From: an uncultured Gammaproteobacteria bacterium
GTDB lineage: Bacteria > Patescibacteriota > Patescibacteriia > Veblenbacterales > UBA10138
Assembly (NCBI GenBank): GCA_964453605.1
Contig: CAYVOI010000001.1
Coordinates: 166,276-230,275 of the forward strand
Reading direction: 5' to 3'
DNA length: 64,000 bases
The notes below the pieces were generated by a model. It saw only the letters and a program-made list of their open reading frames with translations. It was not told the DNA's origin and did not search any database. Below, in pieces: positions 37,682 to 49,775 of the stretch; positions within the stretch are counted from its first letter, which is position 1; every line of letters begins with the position of its first letter. The position numbers and the translations under genes are program-made.

Positions 37682-40600
37682 ATGTCTGCCAAATTAATTA
37701 GCACTGCTACCTCGCCACTTAACGAGCGTAAATCCTTTACACCAATAAAGGATACTATTCCCTTGCCTGACCTGATTGAGGTTCAGAAGGCCTCGTACAA
37801 GTGGTTTTTTGATGAAGGCTTAAAAGAGCTGTTCGACGAAATTTCGCCGATTCGTGATTTTATCGGCCGGGACCTCGAGCTCTACTTTTTGGATTACTAC
37901 TTGGATGAGCCAAAGTTTGACGAGGTGACGGCTCGTGTGAAGAACACCAGCTTCGAAGCTGCGCTCCGCGTGAAGACCAGGTTGGTCAATAAGAAGACTG
38001 GTGAAATTAAAGAGCAGCAGGTGTACCTCGGCGACTTCCCGATCATGACCCCGAGGGGTACGTTTGTGGTGAATGGTATTGAGCGCGCGGTAGTTTCGCA
38101 GCTCATTCGCTCGGCGGGTGTGTTCTTTACCTCGGAGTTCCTGCGCGGCCGGAGGTACTACGGCGCAAAGATAATCCCGAACCGCGGCGCCTGGTTGGAA
38201 TTTGAAACTGATTTGAACCACGTGCTGTGGGTGAAGATAGACCGTAAGCGCAAGGTGGCGGTGACCTCACTGCTCCGTGCTTTTGGCTACAGCTCAGACG
38301 CCGACATCAAACCACTGTTCACTGATGTGGATACTAGCCCTGAGGTGCAGTACATAGCCGCCACGCTCGCCAAAGACACGGCTAAGGACGAAGCTGAGGG
38401 GTTGATTGAGGTATACAAGCGCATTCGCCCTGGCGACCTGGCTACGGTAGACAACGCCAAGCAGCTCATCCACAACATGTTCTTCAACTTCGCGCGCTAC
38501 GACTTTGGCCGGGTAGGCCGCTACAAACTGAACCAGCGCTTTGGTTTTAAGCTGGAGAACAGCAAGGAGACCAGGGTCTTACGGCCAGAGGACTTGGTCA
38601 TGATTGTGAAGGAGATTATTCGCCTCAACAACGCCCAGGCCGAGCCAGACGACATTGACCACCTGGGAAACCGCCGCGTACGCGCGGTAGGCGAGCTGGT
38701 GCAGAACAAGTTCCGCGTCGGGTTGGCGCGCTTAGAGCGTATTATCAAGGACCGCATGTCGACCCTAGACATTTCGACTTTGACGCCAAACCAACTCGTG
38801 AATGCGCGCCCTATCATCGGGGCTATTAAAGAGTTCTTTATGAGCTCGCAGCTTTCGCAGTTCATGGATCAAACCAACCCGTTGGCTGAACTCGAGCACA
38901 AGCGTAGGCTTAGCGCTATGGGCCCTGGTGGTCTTTCGCGCGAACGCGCCGGGTTCGACGTTCGCGACGTTCACCGCACCCACTATGGCCGCATTTGCCC
39001 CATTGCTACGCCAGAAGGTCCAAACATCGGTTTGGTTGGTCACCTAGCTTCTTACGCCCGGGTAAACAGCTACGGCTTTATTGAAACACCGTTCCGGCCA
39101 GTAGTGCACGATGTAGCCAACGACGGCAAGGCCGCGGTTGGTGAAAAGTTGAGGCAAGACGTTACCGACTCCTCGGGCAAGGTTTTGGGTAAGCAGGGGG
39201 AGAGTGTGAACGCTTCACTAGCCCAGGCGCTTAAAGCCAGTGGCGAGAAGACCGTGCCAGTGGTGCCGCACGTGCTGGACGAGGTGGTGTGGCTCGACGC
39301 GTTTGAGGAAGAGCGCAACGTAACTACGGCCGCCACCACTTCGCTTGATGAGAAGGGCTACTTCTTGACTGAGCGTGCTGAAATTCGTCTCCACGGCGAG
39401 CCGACTATTGACGTAGTGGCAAAAATTGACTACATGGACGTGTCTCCTAAGCAGATTGTGTCGGTGACCACGTCGCTCATTCCGTTCCTGGAGCACGACG
39501 ACGCCGTGCGTGCGCTGATGGGCACCAACATGCAACGTCAGGCTGTGCCGTGCATTAAGCCGCAAGCGCCGGTGGTTGGTACCGGTGTGGAGGGTAAGGC
39601 AGCGCAAGACTCAGGCCAGGTGCTGGTGGCTGAGCAGAGCGGTGAAGTGGTAGCGGTGCAGGCTGACCGGATTGAGGTGAAAGACGACAACGGTAAAGTG
39701 CATGTCTACAATTTAGGAAAATTCGTACGCTCCAACGCTTCGACTTGTATGAACCACAAGCCGATTGTGGCCAAAGGACAACACGTGAAGAAAGGTGACG
39801 TGTTGGCTGATGGTGCCGCGACCCAGGTAGGGGAGCTGGCGTTGGGGCAGAACGTTTTAGTTGCCTACTTGCCGTGGGAAGGCGGTAACTACGAAGACGC
39901 GGTGCTCATTTCGGAACGCCTGGTGAAGGACGACCGCTACACCTCTATCCACATCGAGGACTACACTATCGACGTTCGCGACACCAAGCTTGGGCCTGAG
40001 GTGGTGACCCGCGACATTCCGAACGTAGGTGAGGAAAAGCTCAAAGACCTGGACGAGGGTGGCATTGTCCGTATTGGCGCCGAGGTCTCCTCGGGTGACA
40101 TATTGGTCGGGAAAATTACGCCAAAAGGTGAAACCGAGCTCTCAGCTGAGGAAAAGCTGCTCCGCGCCATTTTCGGTGAAAAAGCTAAGGATGTTCGGGA
40201 CTCCTCGCTCTACCTGGAGCACGGTGAGCACGGCAAGGTGGTAGGCATCAAAATTTTTTCACGCGAGAACGGCGACCGCTTGCCCTCTGGTGTTATCCAA
40301 TCTATTCAAGTTTCTATTGCGCAGCTTAGAAAAGTGCAGGTAGGCGACAAAATGGCTGGCCGCCATGGTAACAAAGGTGTTATTTCGAAGATCGTGCCCA
40401 TTGAGGATATGCCCTTCTTGGCTGATGGCACGCCAGTCGACATTATTTTGAACCCCTTAGGTGTGGCCTCGCGTATGAACATCGGGCAGATTCTGGAAAC
40501 GCACTTGGGGCTGGCGGCCTGGACACTAGGCTACCGTGTGGCCACGCCAGTTTTGGACGGTGTGCCCGAGACCACCATTCGCTCTGAGCTCAAGAAGGCA

Positions 40601-41080
40601 GGGTTCCCTGAGACTGGTAAGCTGAAGCTGTACCACGGCCGTACCGGTGAGCCGTTCGACGAGCCGGTGACCGTTGGTGTTACCTACATGCTGAAGCTGA
40701 ACCACTTGGTGGAGGACAAAATCCACCAGCGTTCTATTGGTCCGTACTCACTGGTAACGCAGCAGCCCCTTGGCGGCAAGGCGCAGTTCGGTGGTCAGCG
40801 CTTTGGTGAAATGGAGGTGTGGGCGCTCGAAGCCTACGGCGCGGCACATACGCTGCAGGAAATTTTGACCATTAAGTCTGATGACGTCCCTGGCCGCTCG
40901 AAAGCCTATGAATCCATTATTAAAGGCGAAGCTATTAAGAAGCTTAACGTGCCTGAGTCGTTCAACGTGCTCATTCGTGAACTCAAAGGCCTAGGGCTTG
41001 ATGCCGAACTCTTGAAGGGTGAGCAGGTGGTGCCTATAGACCAGCCCGAGCGACCAAGGGCTTCAGAGTCAGCGAGCTAA
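37682..41080 (+). CDS. rpoB: RNA polymerase beta subunit
   Basis: [57 protein letters not shown]. Confidence 0.99.
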   Translation: MSAKLISTATSPLNERKSFTPIKDTIPLPDLIEVQKASYKWFFDEGLKELFDEISPIRDFIGRDLELYFLDYYLDEPKFDEVTARVKNTSFEAALRVKTRLVNKKTGEIKEQQVYLGDFPIMTPRGTFVVNGIERAVVSQLIRSAGVFFTSEFLRGRRYYGAKIIPNRGAWLEFETDLNHVLWVKIDRKRKVAVTSLLRAFGYSSDADIKPLFTDVDTSPEVQYIAATLAKDTAKDEAEGLIEVYKRIRPGDLATVDNAKQLIHNMFFNFARYDFGRVGRYKLNQRFGFKLENSKETRVLRPEDLVMIVKEIIRLNNAQAEPDDIDHLGNRRVRAVGELVQNKFRVGLARLERIIKDRMSTLDISTLTPNQLVNARPIIGAIKEFFMSSQLSQFMDQTNPLAELEHKRRLSAMGPGGLSRERAGFDVRDVHRTHYGRICPIATPEGPNIGLVGHLASYARVNSYGFIETPFRPVVHDVANDGKAAVGEKLRQDVTDSSGKVLGKQGESVNASLAQALKASGEKTVPVVPHVLDEVVWLDAFEEERNVTTAATTSLDEKGYFLTERAEIRLHGEPTIDVVAKIDYMDVSPKQIVSVTTSLIPFLEHDDAVRALMGTNMQRQAVPCIKPQAPVVGTGVEGKAAQDSGQVLVAEQSGEVVAVQADRIEVKDDNGKVHVYNLGKFVRSNASTCMNHKPIVAKGQHVKKGDVLADGAATQVGELALGQNVLVAYLPWEGGNYEDAVLISERLVKDDRYTSIHIEDYTIDVRDTKLGPEVVTRDIPNVGEEKLKDLDEGGIVRIGAEVSSGDILVGKITPKGETELSAEEKLLRAIFGEKAKDVRDSSLYLEHGEHGKVVGIKIFSRENGDRLPSGVIQSIQVSIAQLRKVQVGDKMAGRHGNKGVISKIVPIEDMPFLADGTPVDIILNPLGVASRMNIGQILETHLGLAAWTLGYRVATPVLDGVPETTIRSELKKAGFPETGKLKLYHGRTGEPFDEPVTVGVTYMLKLNHLVEDKIHQRSIGPYSLVTQQPLGGKAQFGGQRFGEMEVWALEAYGAAHTLQEILTIKSDDVPGRSKAYESIIKGEAIKKLNVPESFNVLIRELKGLGLDAELLKGEQVVPIDQPERPRASESAS

Positions 41081-41090
41081 TTGTAACCCT

Positions 41091-44000
41091 ATGTTTCCTG
41101 AACGCGACTACCTCAACGTCAACGACTTCGACTCCATCCGCCTGAAGCTGGCCTCACCGGAAGGCATTGCCAAGTGGTCGTACGGCGAGGTGACGAAGCC
41201 TGAGACTATTAACTACCGTACGCAGAAGCCCGAGAAGGACGGCTTGTTCGACGAGCGCATTTTCGGTCCCACCAAAGACTGGGAGTGCTACTGCGGTAAG
41301 TACAAGCGCGTGCGCTACCGCGGCATCGTCTGTGATAAGTGTGGTGTGGAGGTTACCCGCTCGGTGGTGCGGCGTGAGCGCTTTGGCCACATTAAGCTGG
41401 CCTCCCCCGTCTCCCACATTTGGTTCCTCCGCGGTGTGCCCTCCAAGATTGGGCTTACCTTAGGGCTATCGGTGCAGGAGCTCGAAAAGGTGATCTACTT
41501 TGCCTCGTTCATTGTAACCCAGGTGGATGAGCCTAAGAAGCAGGCACTCTTAGAACAGGTGACGGCCGAGTACAAGTCCAAGCGTAAGTCGATTGAGGCC
41601 GAGGCCTCGCAGAAGCTCGGCGAGGCACCCAAGCGGCACACGGGCAAGGAGCTCGAGCGCGAGCGTAAGTTGATTGAGACTTTGAAGCAAGATAAGCTCA
41701 AGAAACTCGACGAGGCGTACGAGATCGCCCGGCGCGAGCTCAAAGACCTGAAGGTGCTCCAGATTATTTCGGAGAGCCAGTACCAAGACCTCTCCCTCAA
41801 GTATGGGGCAGTGTTTGAGGCCAGCATCGGGGCGGAGGCGATTCGGAGCCTCTTGGAGCGGGTAGACCTGAAGAAAGAAATCAAAGCACTCGAGGCTGAA
41901 GGTGAGAGCGTGGCGGCTAAGCAGAAGAAAGCAACCCGTAGGCTCAAGCTCTTAAAGAGCTTGGCCGCGGTGGGCCTGCGGCCTGAGTGGACTATTCTCA
42001 CCATGCTGCCGGTGATTCCGCCAGACCTTAGGCCCATGGTGCAGCTCGACGGTGGCCGGTTTGCAACTTCCGACCTTAACGACCTCTACCGGCGTGTGAT
42101 TAACCGTAACAACCGCCTGAAGCGTTTGCTCGAGCTTAATGCGCCAGAGGTTATCTGCCGCAACGAAAAGCGCATGCTGCAGGAAGCGGTGGACGCCCTC
42201 ATCGACAACAGCGCCCGTCACGGCAAAACAGTGACCGCCTCCACTGGCCAGCGCCGCATGCTCAAGTCTATTGCCGACATTTTGAAGGGTAAGCAGGGGC
42301 GCTTCCGCCAGAACCTTTTGGGTAAGCGTATTGACTACTCGGGTCGCAGCGTTATTGTGGTGGGCCCTACCCTGGAGCTCCACCAGTGCGGGCTACCCAA
42401 GCGCATGGCCTTGGAGCTGTTTAAGCCTTTTGTTATTTCTAAGCTCATCGCGCGCGAGCTGGTACACAACGTCAGGAGCGCCAACCGTTTCATTGAGTCT
42501 GGCCGGCCAGAGGTGTGGGACATTCTAGAGGAAATTATTAAGGGCGCTCACGTGCTTTTGAACCGCGCGCCCACGCTCCACCGCCTGGGCATTCAAGCCT
42601 TCCAACCCATACTCATTGAGGGTAAGGCTATTCAGGTGCACCCGCTGGTGTGCCCAGCCTTTAATGCCGACTTCGATGGCGACCAAATGGCCGTGCACGT
42701 GCCCCTGACGGAGGAAGCCAAGTGGGAGGCGGCCAACATTATGCTCTCGTCCAAGAACCTGCTTAAGCCTGCCACGGGCGAGCCAGTGTCCACGCCGTCA
42801 CAAGACATTGTGCTCGGTTGCTACTACATGACCAACCAAGGTGCTGTGCCTGAGGGGGCTACGCCCAAGGCGTTTGCTGATCCAGCTGAGGCGGTGATGG
42901 CGTACCAGAACGGTTACATAACCTTGCAGCAACCTATACGTGTCCGCTACGAGGGCGAGCGGCTCGTAACGTGCGTGGGCCGTTTGCTGTTCAACGAGGT
43001 GCTGCCCGAAGAGCTCAGGTTTTTCAACAAATCGGTGGACAAAAAAGCGCTTAAAGGGTTAGTCGCCGAGACACTGTCGCGCTACGGCATTCTGGCTACC
43101 GCCAAGTTCCTCGATAAGCTCAAAGAGATCGGGTTCCAGTACCTCACGCGGTCCGGGCTTTCCTGGGGCATGTCAGACTTACCCTCGCTCCCTGAGCGGG
43201 AAGAGGTATACGCCAAGGCTGAAACTGAGGTAGGGGAAATTCATGACCAGTACCAGCAGGGGCTGCTTACGGAGGAAGAGCGTCATGCTAAGGTGATCGA
43301 GATTTGGGCGCAGGTCAAAGAGCGCGTTACCGAGCTGTCACGAAAAATTTTGCCGAACCATGGTTCGGTCTACTCCATGATCGAGTCTGGCGCGCGTGGC
43401 TCGTGGGGCCAGATCACACAGATGATGGGTATGAAGGGTTTGGTCACCAACCCGGGCGGCGAAACCATTGAGCTGCCGGTCAAGGGAAACTTCAAGGAAG
43501 GTTTCGACGTGCTGGAGTACTTTATCTCCACCCACGGCACCCGTAAGGGCCTCACTGACATTGCGCTCCGCACTGCGAACGCCGGCTACTTAACGCGCCG
43601 TTTGGTGGACGTAGCCCACGATATTGTGGTGGTGGAGCAGGACTGTGGCGACAGAGAGGGTATTGTGTTTACCACCGTCGAGAGCGAGGAAATGGGCGAC
43701 CCCTTGGGCAACCGCGTCGTCGGGCGCTTCTTGCTCCAAGAGGTGAAAGACGACAGCGGGAAGGTGGTCGTGAAGAAGAACGAGCTGGTGAGCCCAGAGC
43801 AGGGTAAGAAGATAAGCAAGCTAGGGCTACCAGAGCTTAAAGTTCGCTCGGCCCTGACCTGTAAGACCAGGCGCGGTATTTGCCAGCGGTGCTACGGCTT
43901 TGACCTCGGCTGCAATGCCTTGGTAGAAATTGGTACTGCGGTCGGCATCATCGCCGCGCAGTCGATTGGTGAACCAGGTACCCAGCTCACCATGCGCACC

Positions 44001-45074
44001 TTCCACACCGGCGGTGTGGCCTCAGCTGAGGACATTACCCAAGGTTTGCCGCGCGTGGAAGAGGTGTTCGAAACCAGGCCCGTGAAGCGTCCAGGGCTCC
44101 TTTCGCCCGCTGACGGCAAGGCGGCAGTAACGAGCCGCGGCCGCCAGAAGTTCATTACCCTGAGCTTTCAAGACGCGGTCGAAGAGCGCTTCCCGCTCTC
44201 AAAGTACGCTGGCGCTAAGGTGCTGGTGAAAAAGGGTGCTAAGGTGGCCGCTGGCACGCCGCTCTTTAAGGTGGGCGAAGCCCAAGTTTCAAGCACTCAC
44301 GGCGGTACTGTCACCCAAGTGGCCGACGCCGTGGTGGTCGCCGGTACTGGTACGGTGAGTAAAGAGTTTGCCGTACCGATTGGTGTAGCGCTGTGGGTGC
44401 GGGACGGTGATCTGGTAGCGAAGGGTCAGCAGCTCACCGAAGGGTCCTTAGACCTGCACGAGCTCTACGCGCTTAAGGGTAAGGACGCGGTGCAGAAGTA
44501 CATCTTAAAGGAAATTCAGTACATCTACTCCTCCCAAGGCCAGAAGCTCAACGATAAGCACATCGAGGTTATCATCCGCCAGCTGTTCTCTAGGCTCTAC
44601 GTGACCGAGCCGGGGGACACCGATTTGCTGCCCGGCGAGGTGGTAACGGTAGCACAGTTTGGCGAGGCCAACGACGAGGTAGCAGAGGGTGGCACCAGGG
44701 CTACCGCCGAGCACCTACTCCTGGGGATTACCAAGGCCTCGCTCTCTACCGATAGCTTCCTCTCGGCCGCCAGCTTCCAAGAAACGGCCCGTGTGCTTAT
44801 CGACGCGGCTGTCACCGGCAAGGTAGACAAGCTCCGCGGGCTTAAGGAGAACGTCATCATCGGCCGCCTGATTCCAGCTGGCACAGGCTTAGGGCCCCAA
44901 GCTGAACGCCTCAAAGAGGCCATGGTAGAGGTTGAGCGTGAGCAAGCAGCTGCCCGCGCCGCGGCTAACGCTCGCCGCGAGGCAGAACTTGCGGCCTCTA
45001 TTGCAGCTGCTCATGCCGAACTAGCCCCGGTGGTGAGTGAAAGTGCTCCGGCCATACCCGTTGAGGAGGTGTAG
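41091..45074 (+). CDS. rpoC: RNA polymerase beta' subunit
   Basis: N-terminal Zn ribbon, [34 protein letters not shown]. Confidence 0.99.
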   Translation: MFPERDYLNVNDFDSIRLKLASPEGIAKWSYGEVTKPETINYRTQKPEKDGLFDERIFGPTKDWECYCGKYKRVRYRGIVCDKCGVEVTRSVVRRERFGHIKLASPVSHIWFLRGVPSKIGLTLGLSVQELEKVIYFASFIVTQVDEPKKQALLEQVTAEYKSKRKSIEAEASQKLGEAPKRHTGKELERERKLIETLKQDKLKKLDEAYEIARRELKDLKVLQIISESQYQDLSLKYGAVFEASIGAEAIRSLLERVDLKKEIKALEAEGESVAAKQKKATRRLKLLKSLAAVGLRPEWTILTMLPVIPPDLRPMVQLDGGRFATSDLNDLYRRVINRNNRLKRLLELNAPEVICRNEKRMLQEAVDALIDNSARHGKTVTASTGQRRMLKSIADILKGKQGRFRQNLLGKRIDYSGRSVIVVGPTLELHQCGLPKRMALELFKPFVISKLIARELVHNVRSANRFIESGRPEVWDILEEIIKGAHVLLNRAPTLHRLGIQAFQPILIEGKAIQVHPLVCPAFNADFDGDQMAVHVPLTEEAKWEAANIMLSSKNLLKPATGEPVSTPSQDIVLGCYYMTNQGAVPEGATPKAFADPAEAVMAYQNGYITLQQPIRVRYEGERLVTCVGRLLFNEVLPEELRFFNKSVDKKALKGLVAETLSRYGILATAKFLDKLKEIGFQYLTRSGLSWGMSDLPSLPEREEVYAKAETEVGEIHDQYQQGLLTEEERHAKVIEIWAQVKERVTELSRKILPNHGSVYSMIESGARGSWGQITQMMGMKGLVTNPGGETIELPVKGNFKEGFDVLEYFISTHGTRKGLTDIALRTANAGYLTRRLVDVAHDIVVVEQDCGDREGIVFTTVESEEMGDPLGNRVVGRFLLQEVKDDSGKVVVKKNELVSPEQGKKISKLGLPELKVRSALTCKTRRGICQRCYGFDLGCNALVEIGTAVGIIAAQSIGEPGTQLTMRTFHTGGVASAEDITQGLPRVEEVFETRPVKRPGLLSPADGKAAVTSRGRQKFITLSFQDAVEERFPLSKYAGAKVLVKKGAKVAAGTPLFKVGEAQVSSTHGGTVTQVADAVVVAGTGTVSKEFAVPIGVALWVRDGDLVAKGQQLTEGSLDLHELYALKGKDAVQKYILKEIQYIYSSQGQKLNDKHIEVIIRQLFSRLYVTEPGDTDLLPGEVVTVAQFGEANDEVAEGGTRATAEHLLLGITKASLSTDSFLSAASFQETARVLIDAAVTGKVDKLRGLKENVIIGRLIPAGTGLGPQAERLKEAMVEVEREQAAARAAANARREAELAASIAAAHAELAPVVSESAPAIPVEEV

Positions 45075-45094
45075 TTTGGGAGCCTGGAAGTTAT

Positions 45095-45124
45095 AAACCC
45101 CACGGGTGGCCACCCGTGGGGTTT
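45095..45124. terminator. Palindromic terminator after rpoC
   Basis: aaaccccacgggtggccacccgtggggttt. Confidence 0.8.
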
Positions 45125-45279
45125 TGGTTATGCTGGCAGCGCGACCTAAAGCCCTTGACAAAACATCCGTTTCACGCCATCATAACTTGTTACTGTGCCG
45201 GTACGGACATTAACAAATTAACCCCTGAATAGCGCGGAAAAATATTCAATTCACACATCTAGGGAAGGAGTAAGGAAAA

Positions 45280-45900
45280 ATGTTAAAACAAAATCGACCA
45301 CCCTCGGTCGCTAACTTGGTGGCGCTGGGTAGGAAATTGGCCTACGGCGTTCTCATGGTAGGGTTTATAGGCCTGCTGCTGGGTAGCCAGGTTAACGCCC
45401 AGCCACCCAAGCACATCAAGCTCGGCACCCTGAAGAACGCCGATGCCATTCGCCAGGCCCTTACAGGGCAGGGCTACCGTATCAGCGATTGGGCCAGTAA
45501 TATTCTCAGTAAGCCAGCCTTCACGGTGGCAAGCGCAGAAACCAGCCTTGAGCTAGTGCAGGTGGCGGTCGGCGAACTTGGCTTTGAGCAAGGACACACT
45601 CTGATCGTCGGCTACCCTGACGTTAAGCTGCTAGTTACTCGTGAGCAAATTTACGACCGTGCCCTTAAGAAGGGTCTCGTGCTCTGCCCTGCGGAGGTGG
45701 GCCCACAGCTCAGGCTACAGTACCCAGACCAACCCATGGGCGAATGGATGCTAATTGCCATTGAACCAATCGCTGACTCGGGTGGCGACCTCAACGTGTT
45801 CTGCGTCGAGCGCGATAGCGCTGGTTGCTGGCTCCACGCCTGCACCGACGCCGGCTACTGGGATCAACGCACTCGTTGGGTGTTCGCTCGCCGCCATTGA
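45280..45900 (+). CDS. Exported or membrane-anchored putative DGR-type variable (CLec-like) protein
   Basis: Hydrophobic N-terminus; LCPAEVGPQLRLQY; C-terminus GDLNVFCVERDSAGCWLHA..WDQRTRWVFARRH with NNC-rich codons; AAGGAG SD. Confidence 0.75.
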   Translation: MLKQNRPPSVANLVALGRKLAYGVLMVGFIGLLLGSQVNAQPPKHIKLGTLKNADAIRQALTGQGYRISDWASNILSKPAFTVASAETSLELVQVAVGELGFEQGHTLIVGYPDVKLLVTREQIYDRALKKGLVLCPAEVGPQLRLQYPDQPMGEWMLIAIEPIADSGGDLNVFCVERDSAGCWLHACTDAGYWDQRTRWVFARRH

Positions 45901-46021
45901 TAAATCGGCGGTTTAGGCGTATACTACTTTGTTACCGTAGCTGTACGGCAACAGCTTAACAAACGCCCGAGGCCGTAACCTTGGGACCATCAAACAATAA
46001 ACATACATAAGGAGATACACC

Positions 46022-46663
46022 ATGGGTAAATCCGTAAGTACGGACCAATCTCATGCCATTATGGCTGCACTGGCCACGAACGTAGATTGGGCGCAGTTAA
46101 ACCCTGACTTGCTCCAAGAGCAAGTTGTTCGAAACGCCACCGAAGCCGGCAGGCACTTTACCGCTTTCCTTAAAGCGGGCGCCCGCCTGGTTTCAAACCA
46201 GCCCACCATCATCACCATCGACCGGTCGCAGCCGTTTGACCTGGCTAAATTCATAGGCCCAGGCTGGTTCATCGAAGAGCAAGAGCAGGACCAGCGCTCC
46301 CTGGCACTCACCAAAGTTGACCTTGCCAAAGTCGAACTCATTACCTGCCTCAAGCCGGGAGAGGCCCAGGTTGGTGGCGAGGAGAGGCTGAAGCGCCTCA
46401 AACAGGATGGCCGCATCCGGCTCGATGCTAAGATCTTTCAGACACTCTGGGAGAACCAGAGCCTCATTCCTGGGGCCTGGAAAGAGAAAATGAACGGTAA
46501 TACTACGTACATCTACTTCGACGGCACTCCTCTGCGCAACCCGCGCGGTAGCCGTTACGCCCTCTGCCTGTACTGGCGCGACGGCCAGTTGGACTGGTGC
46601 TACCGCTGGCTTGAGTACGGCTGGGGCTCTAACGCGCCGTCGGCGGTTCTCGCCGCCGCATAA
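46022..46663 (+). CDS. Putative DGR-type variable (CLec-like) protein, paralog of 24239
   Basis: Motifs and 3' end shared with 24239; TAAGGAG SD. Confidence 0.8.
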   Translation: MGKSVSTDQSHAIMAALATNVDWAQLNPDLLQEQVVRNATEAGRHFTAFLKAGARLVSNQPTIITIDRSQPFDLAKFIGPGWFIEEQEQDQRSLALTKVDLAKVELITCLKPGEAQVGGEERLKRLKQDGRIRLDAKIFQTLWENQSLIPGAWKEKMNGNTTYIYFDGTPLRNPRGSRYALCLYWRDGQLDWCYRWLEYGWGSNAPSAVLAAA

Positions 46664-46674
46664 TGCGGGGCAAG
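46653..46674 (+). repeat. Hairpin+CAAG element supplying the stop codon
   Basis: ccgccgca-taa-tgcgggg-caag. Confidence 0.75.
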
Positions 46675-46822
46675 CAAGTGCTTAGCACTTTGTAAAAATA
46701 TAAGCTTCATTGGCCACTAATCCTCAGTCTTCGCAACAATCTCTACCCCCTCATGTTCGTATCGCACGAGCGTGAGGGGTTTTCTTTTGCTAAAATTTCG
46801 CTATACTAAAGGGGTACACGCT

Positions 46823-49051
46823 ATGCTACGCCAGAACCAAGAAGAGAACGTAAGGCCCAAAAGTTCTAGCTCAGTCACTGGTTTGGAAACAGCCACTAAG
46901 CATGGTTTGGTAGTTGTTTTTTTGTTCGCCCTGGGGCTTATCACCGCCCTGGCGTTCTTTGGACTGGCTGGTGTGGCAGGTGAAACTATACGGCAGGCGC
47001 TTTTGTTCTTACTCGGTTGGGCCGCTTACGCTGTGCCACTGGCATTCTTGGTGTTGGCCTACTCGCTGCTTAGCCCAGGTCGCAGCTTCCGCTGGCTGCA
47101 CGTGGTTGGTCTTATCATCCTTACCCTGGGGGTTACCGGGTTGCTCCACTCTACGGTACCAGCTAAGGAGCAGTGGTCGGCGGTGCTAGCTGGGAGCGGC
47201 GGCGGCGCCTTAGGGTACATCAGCTTAACGCCGCTCATGAAGGTGTTGGGGGTCTACGGTGCGGCTGTGTTTTTAGTGGCGTTTGTAGTTGGCGGCATAC
47301 TCATACTCTTTGAAACTTCGCTCCAAGGTTTGGGTCAGGGGTTATCAAACGTGTTTGGTCAGGTACGTGGCAAGGTAAAGCTGCCAGAGGTTCACTTGCC
47401 TAAAACTCCAGAAGTACATGATGGTAGCGATGATAGGCCATCCGTGTTCAGTAAGGTGTTCAAGAGTCGGGTGGTGGAGGCGCCAACATCTCCTCCCACA
47501 CGTAAACCAGAGCAGCCACCGCTGTTAGAGCTTAAACCCTCGCCGCGACGCCCCGCGGTTCAGCTTTCGCTCGACCTTTTGGAAGACCGGGTAGGGAAGC
47601 CGACCTCGGGTGACATTCAGGCTAACCAGGAGAAAATACAAAAGACGCTACAGAACTTTGGTATTGAGGTAGAAATGAGCGGTGTCAACGTCGGGCCGAC
47701 CGTAACCCAGTACACTCTGGCTCCGGCTGAGGGCGTGAAGCTGTCGCAAATCACCAGCCTGTCGAACGACCTGGCCCTGGCTCTGGCGGCCCACCCCATT
47801 CGCATTGAGGCGCCTATTCCTGGAAAGTCGTTAGTTGGTATCGAGGTGCCTAACCAAGCCGTGGCCACGGTGGGCCTAAAAGAAATACTTGCGTCGGAGG
47901 CATTTAAGAAGCGTGCCTCAAACCTCACAGTTTCTATTGGTAAAGACGTGGCGGGTGGCGCGTTTGTGGCGGACATCGACCGCATGCCGCACTTGCTGAT
48001 TGCTGGCGCCACTGGCTCGGGTAAGTCGGTCTGTATAAATACCATCATCATCTCCCTGCTCTACACGAACTCGCCAGATGACTTGAAGCTCATTCTGGTG
48101 GACCCGAAGCGCGTGGAACTTACGCCCTACAACGAAATTCCGCATCTCTTAACCCCTGTTATCACCGATACCACCAAAACCATCAACGCGCTCAAGTGGG
48201 TGGTAGGCGAGATGGATAGGCGCTACCAGGTCCTAAACCAAGCTGCCAAGCGCAACCTGGCGAGCTATAACCAAGGCGCTGGGGAGAAGCTGCCGTACAT
48301 TGTGGTAGTAGTAGACGAGCTGGCAGATCTTATGGCGGTGGCGGCGGCGGACGTAGAAACGGCCATTATCCGCTTAGCGCAGATGGCCCGGGCAGTTGGT
48401 ATTCACCTGGTGGTCGCTACCCAGCGGCCCAGCGTGGACGTTATCACTGGGCTCATTAAGGCTAACATCACCTCCCGCATCGCTTTTGCCGTGGCCTCGG
48501 GCACTGACTCACGGACCATTTTGGATACCGCTGGCGCTGAAAAGCTCCTCGGGCGCGGTGACTGTTTGTTCGTATCAGCCGAGCTCAGTAAGCCCAAGCG
48601 CTTGCAGGGTGCCTTCATTAGCGACGCTGAAATTGAGCGGGTAACGGCGGCGCTGAAGCAAGACGCCCAGCCAGACTACAACCCTGAGGTAGTAGTGAAG
48701 CGCGGCGGTGGCAGCGCGGTTGTCGGGGGTAGTGATGATGACTCTGACGATGAGCTTTTGAACGAGGCCAAGGCCGAGGTAGTGAGGGCTGGTAAGGCGT
48801 CGGCCTCGCTCCTGCAGCGTAGGCTTAGGGTAGGCTACGCTCGGGCCGCCCGCCTGCTTGACCTCCTGGAGGAACGAGGCATTATTGGCCCCGGGGAAGG
48901 TGCTAAGCCACGCGATGTGTTAGTGAGCCGCCGTGATATTGAACAAGATTTTGCTACTATGCCTGACGAGACGGAGGTTGACGAGAGCTCAGAAACGGAG
49001 GATGATACAACGGTAGTTGAGGAAGCAGGAGAGCCTGAAGAAACCCTATGA
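46823..49051 (+). CDS. ftsK: DNA translocase FtsK
   Basis: 4 TM segments, PHLLIAGATGSGKS, DELADLM, ATQRPSVDV, gamma domain SLLQRRLRVGYARAARL. Confidence 0.97.
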   Translation: MLRQNQEENVRPKSSSSVTGLETATKHGLVVVFLFALGLITALAFFGLAGVAGETIRQALLFLLGWAAYAVPLAFLVLAYSLLSPGRSFRWLHVVGLIILTLGVTGLLHSTVPAKEQWSAVLAGSGGGALGYISLTPLMKVLGVYGAAVFLVAFVVGGILILFETSLQGLGQGLSNVFGQVRGKVKLPEVHLPKTPEVHDGSDDRPSVFSKVFKSRVVEAPTSPPTRKPEQPPLLELKPSPRRPAVQLSLDLLEDRVGKPTSGDIQANQEKIQKTLQNFGIEVEMSGVNVGPTVTQYTLAPAEGVKLSQITSLSNDLALALAAHPIRIEAPIPGKSLVGIEVPNQAVATVGLKEILASEAFKKRASNLTVSIGKDVAGGAFVADIDRMPHLLIAGATGSGKSVCINTIIISLLYTNSPDDLKLILVDPKRVELTPYNEIPHLLTPVITDTTKTINALKWVVGEMDRRYQVLNQAAKRNLASYNQGAGEKLPYIVVVVDELADLMAVAAADVETAIIRLAQMARAVGIHLVVATQRPSVDVITGLIKANITSRIAFAVASGTDSRTILDTAGAEKLLGRGDCLFVSAELSKPKRLQGAFISDAEIERVTAALKQDAQPDYNPEVVVKRGGGSAVVGGSDDDSDDELLNEAKAEVVRAGKASASLLQRRLRVGYARAARLLDLLEERGIIGPGEGAKPRDVLVSRRDIEQDFATMPDETEVDESSETEDDTTVVEEAGEPEETL

Positions 49052-49752
49052 CCCGTTTTTCTACCCATGAACTATCGCAACCCGCCTACGGTGGTGCTGC
49101 ACTAGCCGCTGCTAGGTCTGCACGTAGGCTAACCGTGGCTCAGGTGAGTCGGGTTTTGAAACTCAGACGCCAGCACATTGAGACCATGGAGGAGAGCCGC
49201 TGGTACGACCTGCCGTCAGGTAGCTACGGGCGCTACTTTATTCGTTCCTATGCTGAGTTTTTAGGTTTGGATCCGCAACCCCTTTTGGTGCACTACGGCG
49301 AGATAACTCAAACGTCTCCAACCCTGGCAGCCGTGCGCCCGGCGGTGGTAACTCAGAAACTAGACCGTCCCCTCACACACCCCTTGCGCCGTTTGCTCTT
49401 GGCTTCGGCTGTCGCGGGGTTACTTTTGTACTTGGGGCTGGCTGCTTGGCACACCTTTCTCCCACCTGAGCTCACCTTGGTGAGTCCGGCAGCTGATGCT
49501 GCTACCGCCAGTTCAAGCTTTACGGTGCGCGGCCTCACTCAGCCGGGGACTAAGGTAACCATAAACGGTGAAGCGGTTCAGGTTTCAGAACAGGGTGACT
49601 TTAGTACGCTACTGGCCTTGACACCCGGCCTCAATACCATTACCGTAGTAGCGCAGAAAGCTTACAGCCGGGCGAGCACGCTGCAGCGGCAGGTGTTCTT
49701 CACCCCAGCCCCGGTGGGCCTCGCACCTGCAGCCACACCCACCACACCCTAA
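49048..49752 (+). CDS. RodZ-like HTH membrane protein with C-terminal Ig-like domain
   Basis: HTH_25 pattern LP...YGRYFIRSYAEFLGLD, TM segment, V.ING...G.F...L.L.PG.N.I. Confidence 0.75.
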   Translation: MTRFSTHELSQPAYGGAALAAARSARRLTVAQVSRVLKLRRQHIETMEESRWYDLPSGSYGRYFIRSYAEFLGLDPQPLLVHYGEITQTSPTLAAVRPAVVTQKLDRPLTHPLRRLLLASAVAGLLLYLGLAAWHTFLPPELTLVSPAADAATASSSFTVRGLTQPGTKVTINGEAVQVSEQGDFSTLLALTPGLNTITVVAQKAYSRASTLQRQVFFTPAPVGLAPAATPTTP

Positions 49753-49775
49753 GCTCGACGTAATTCCTCCATACT

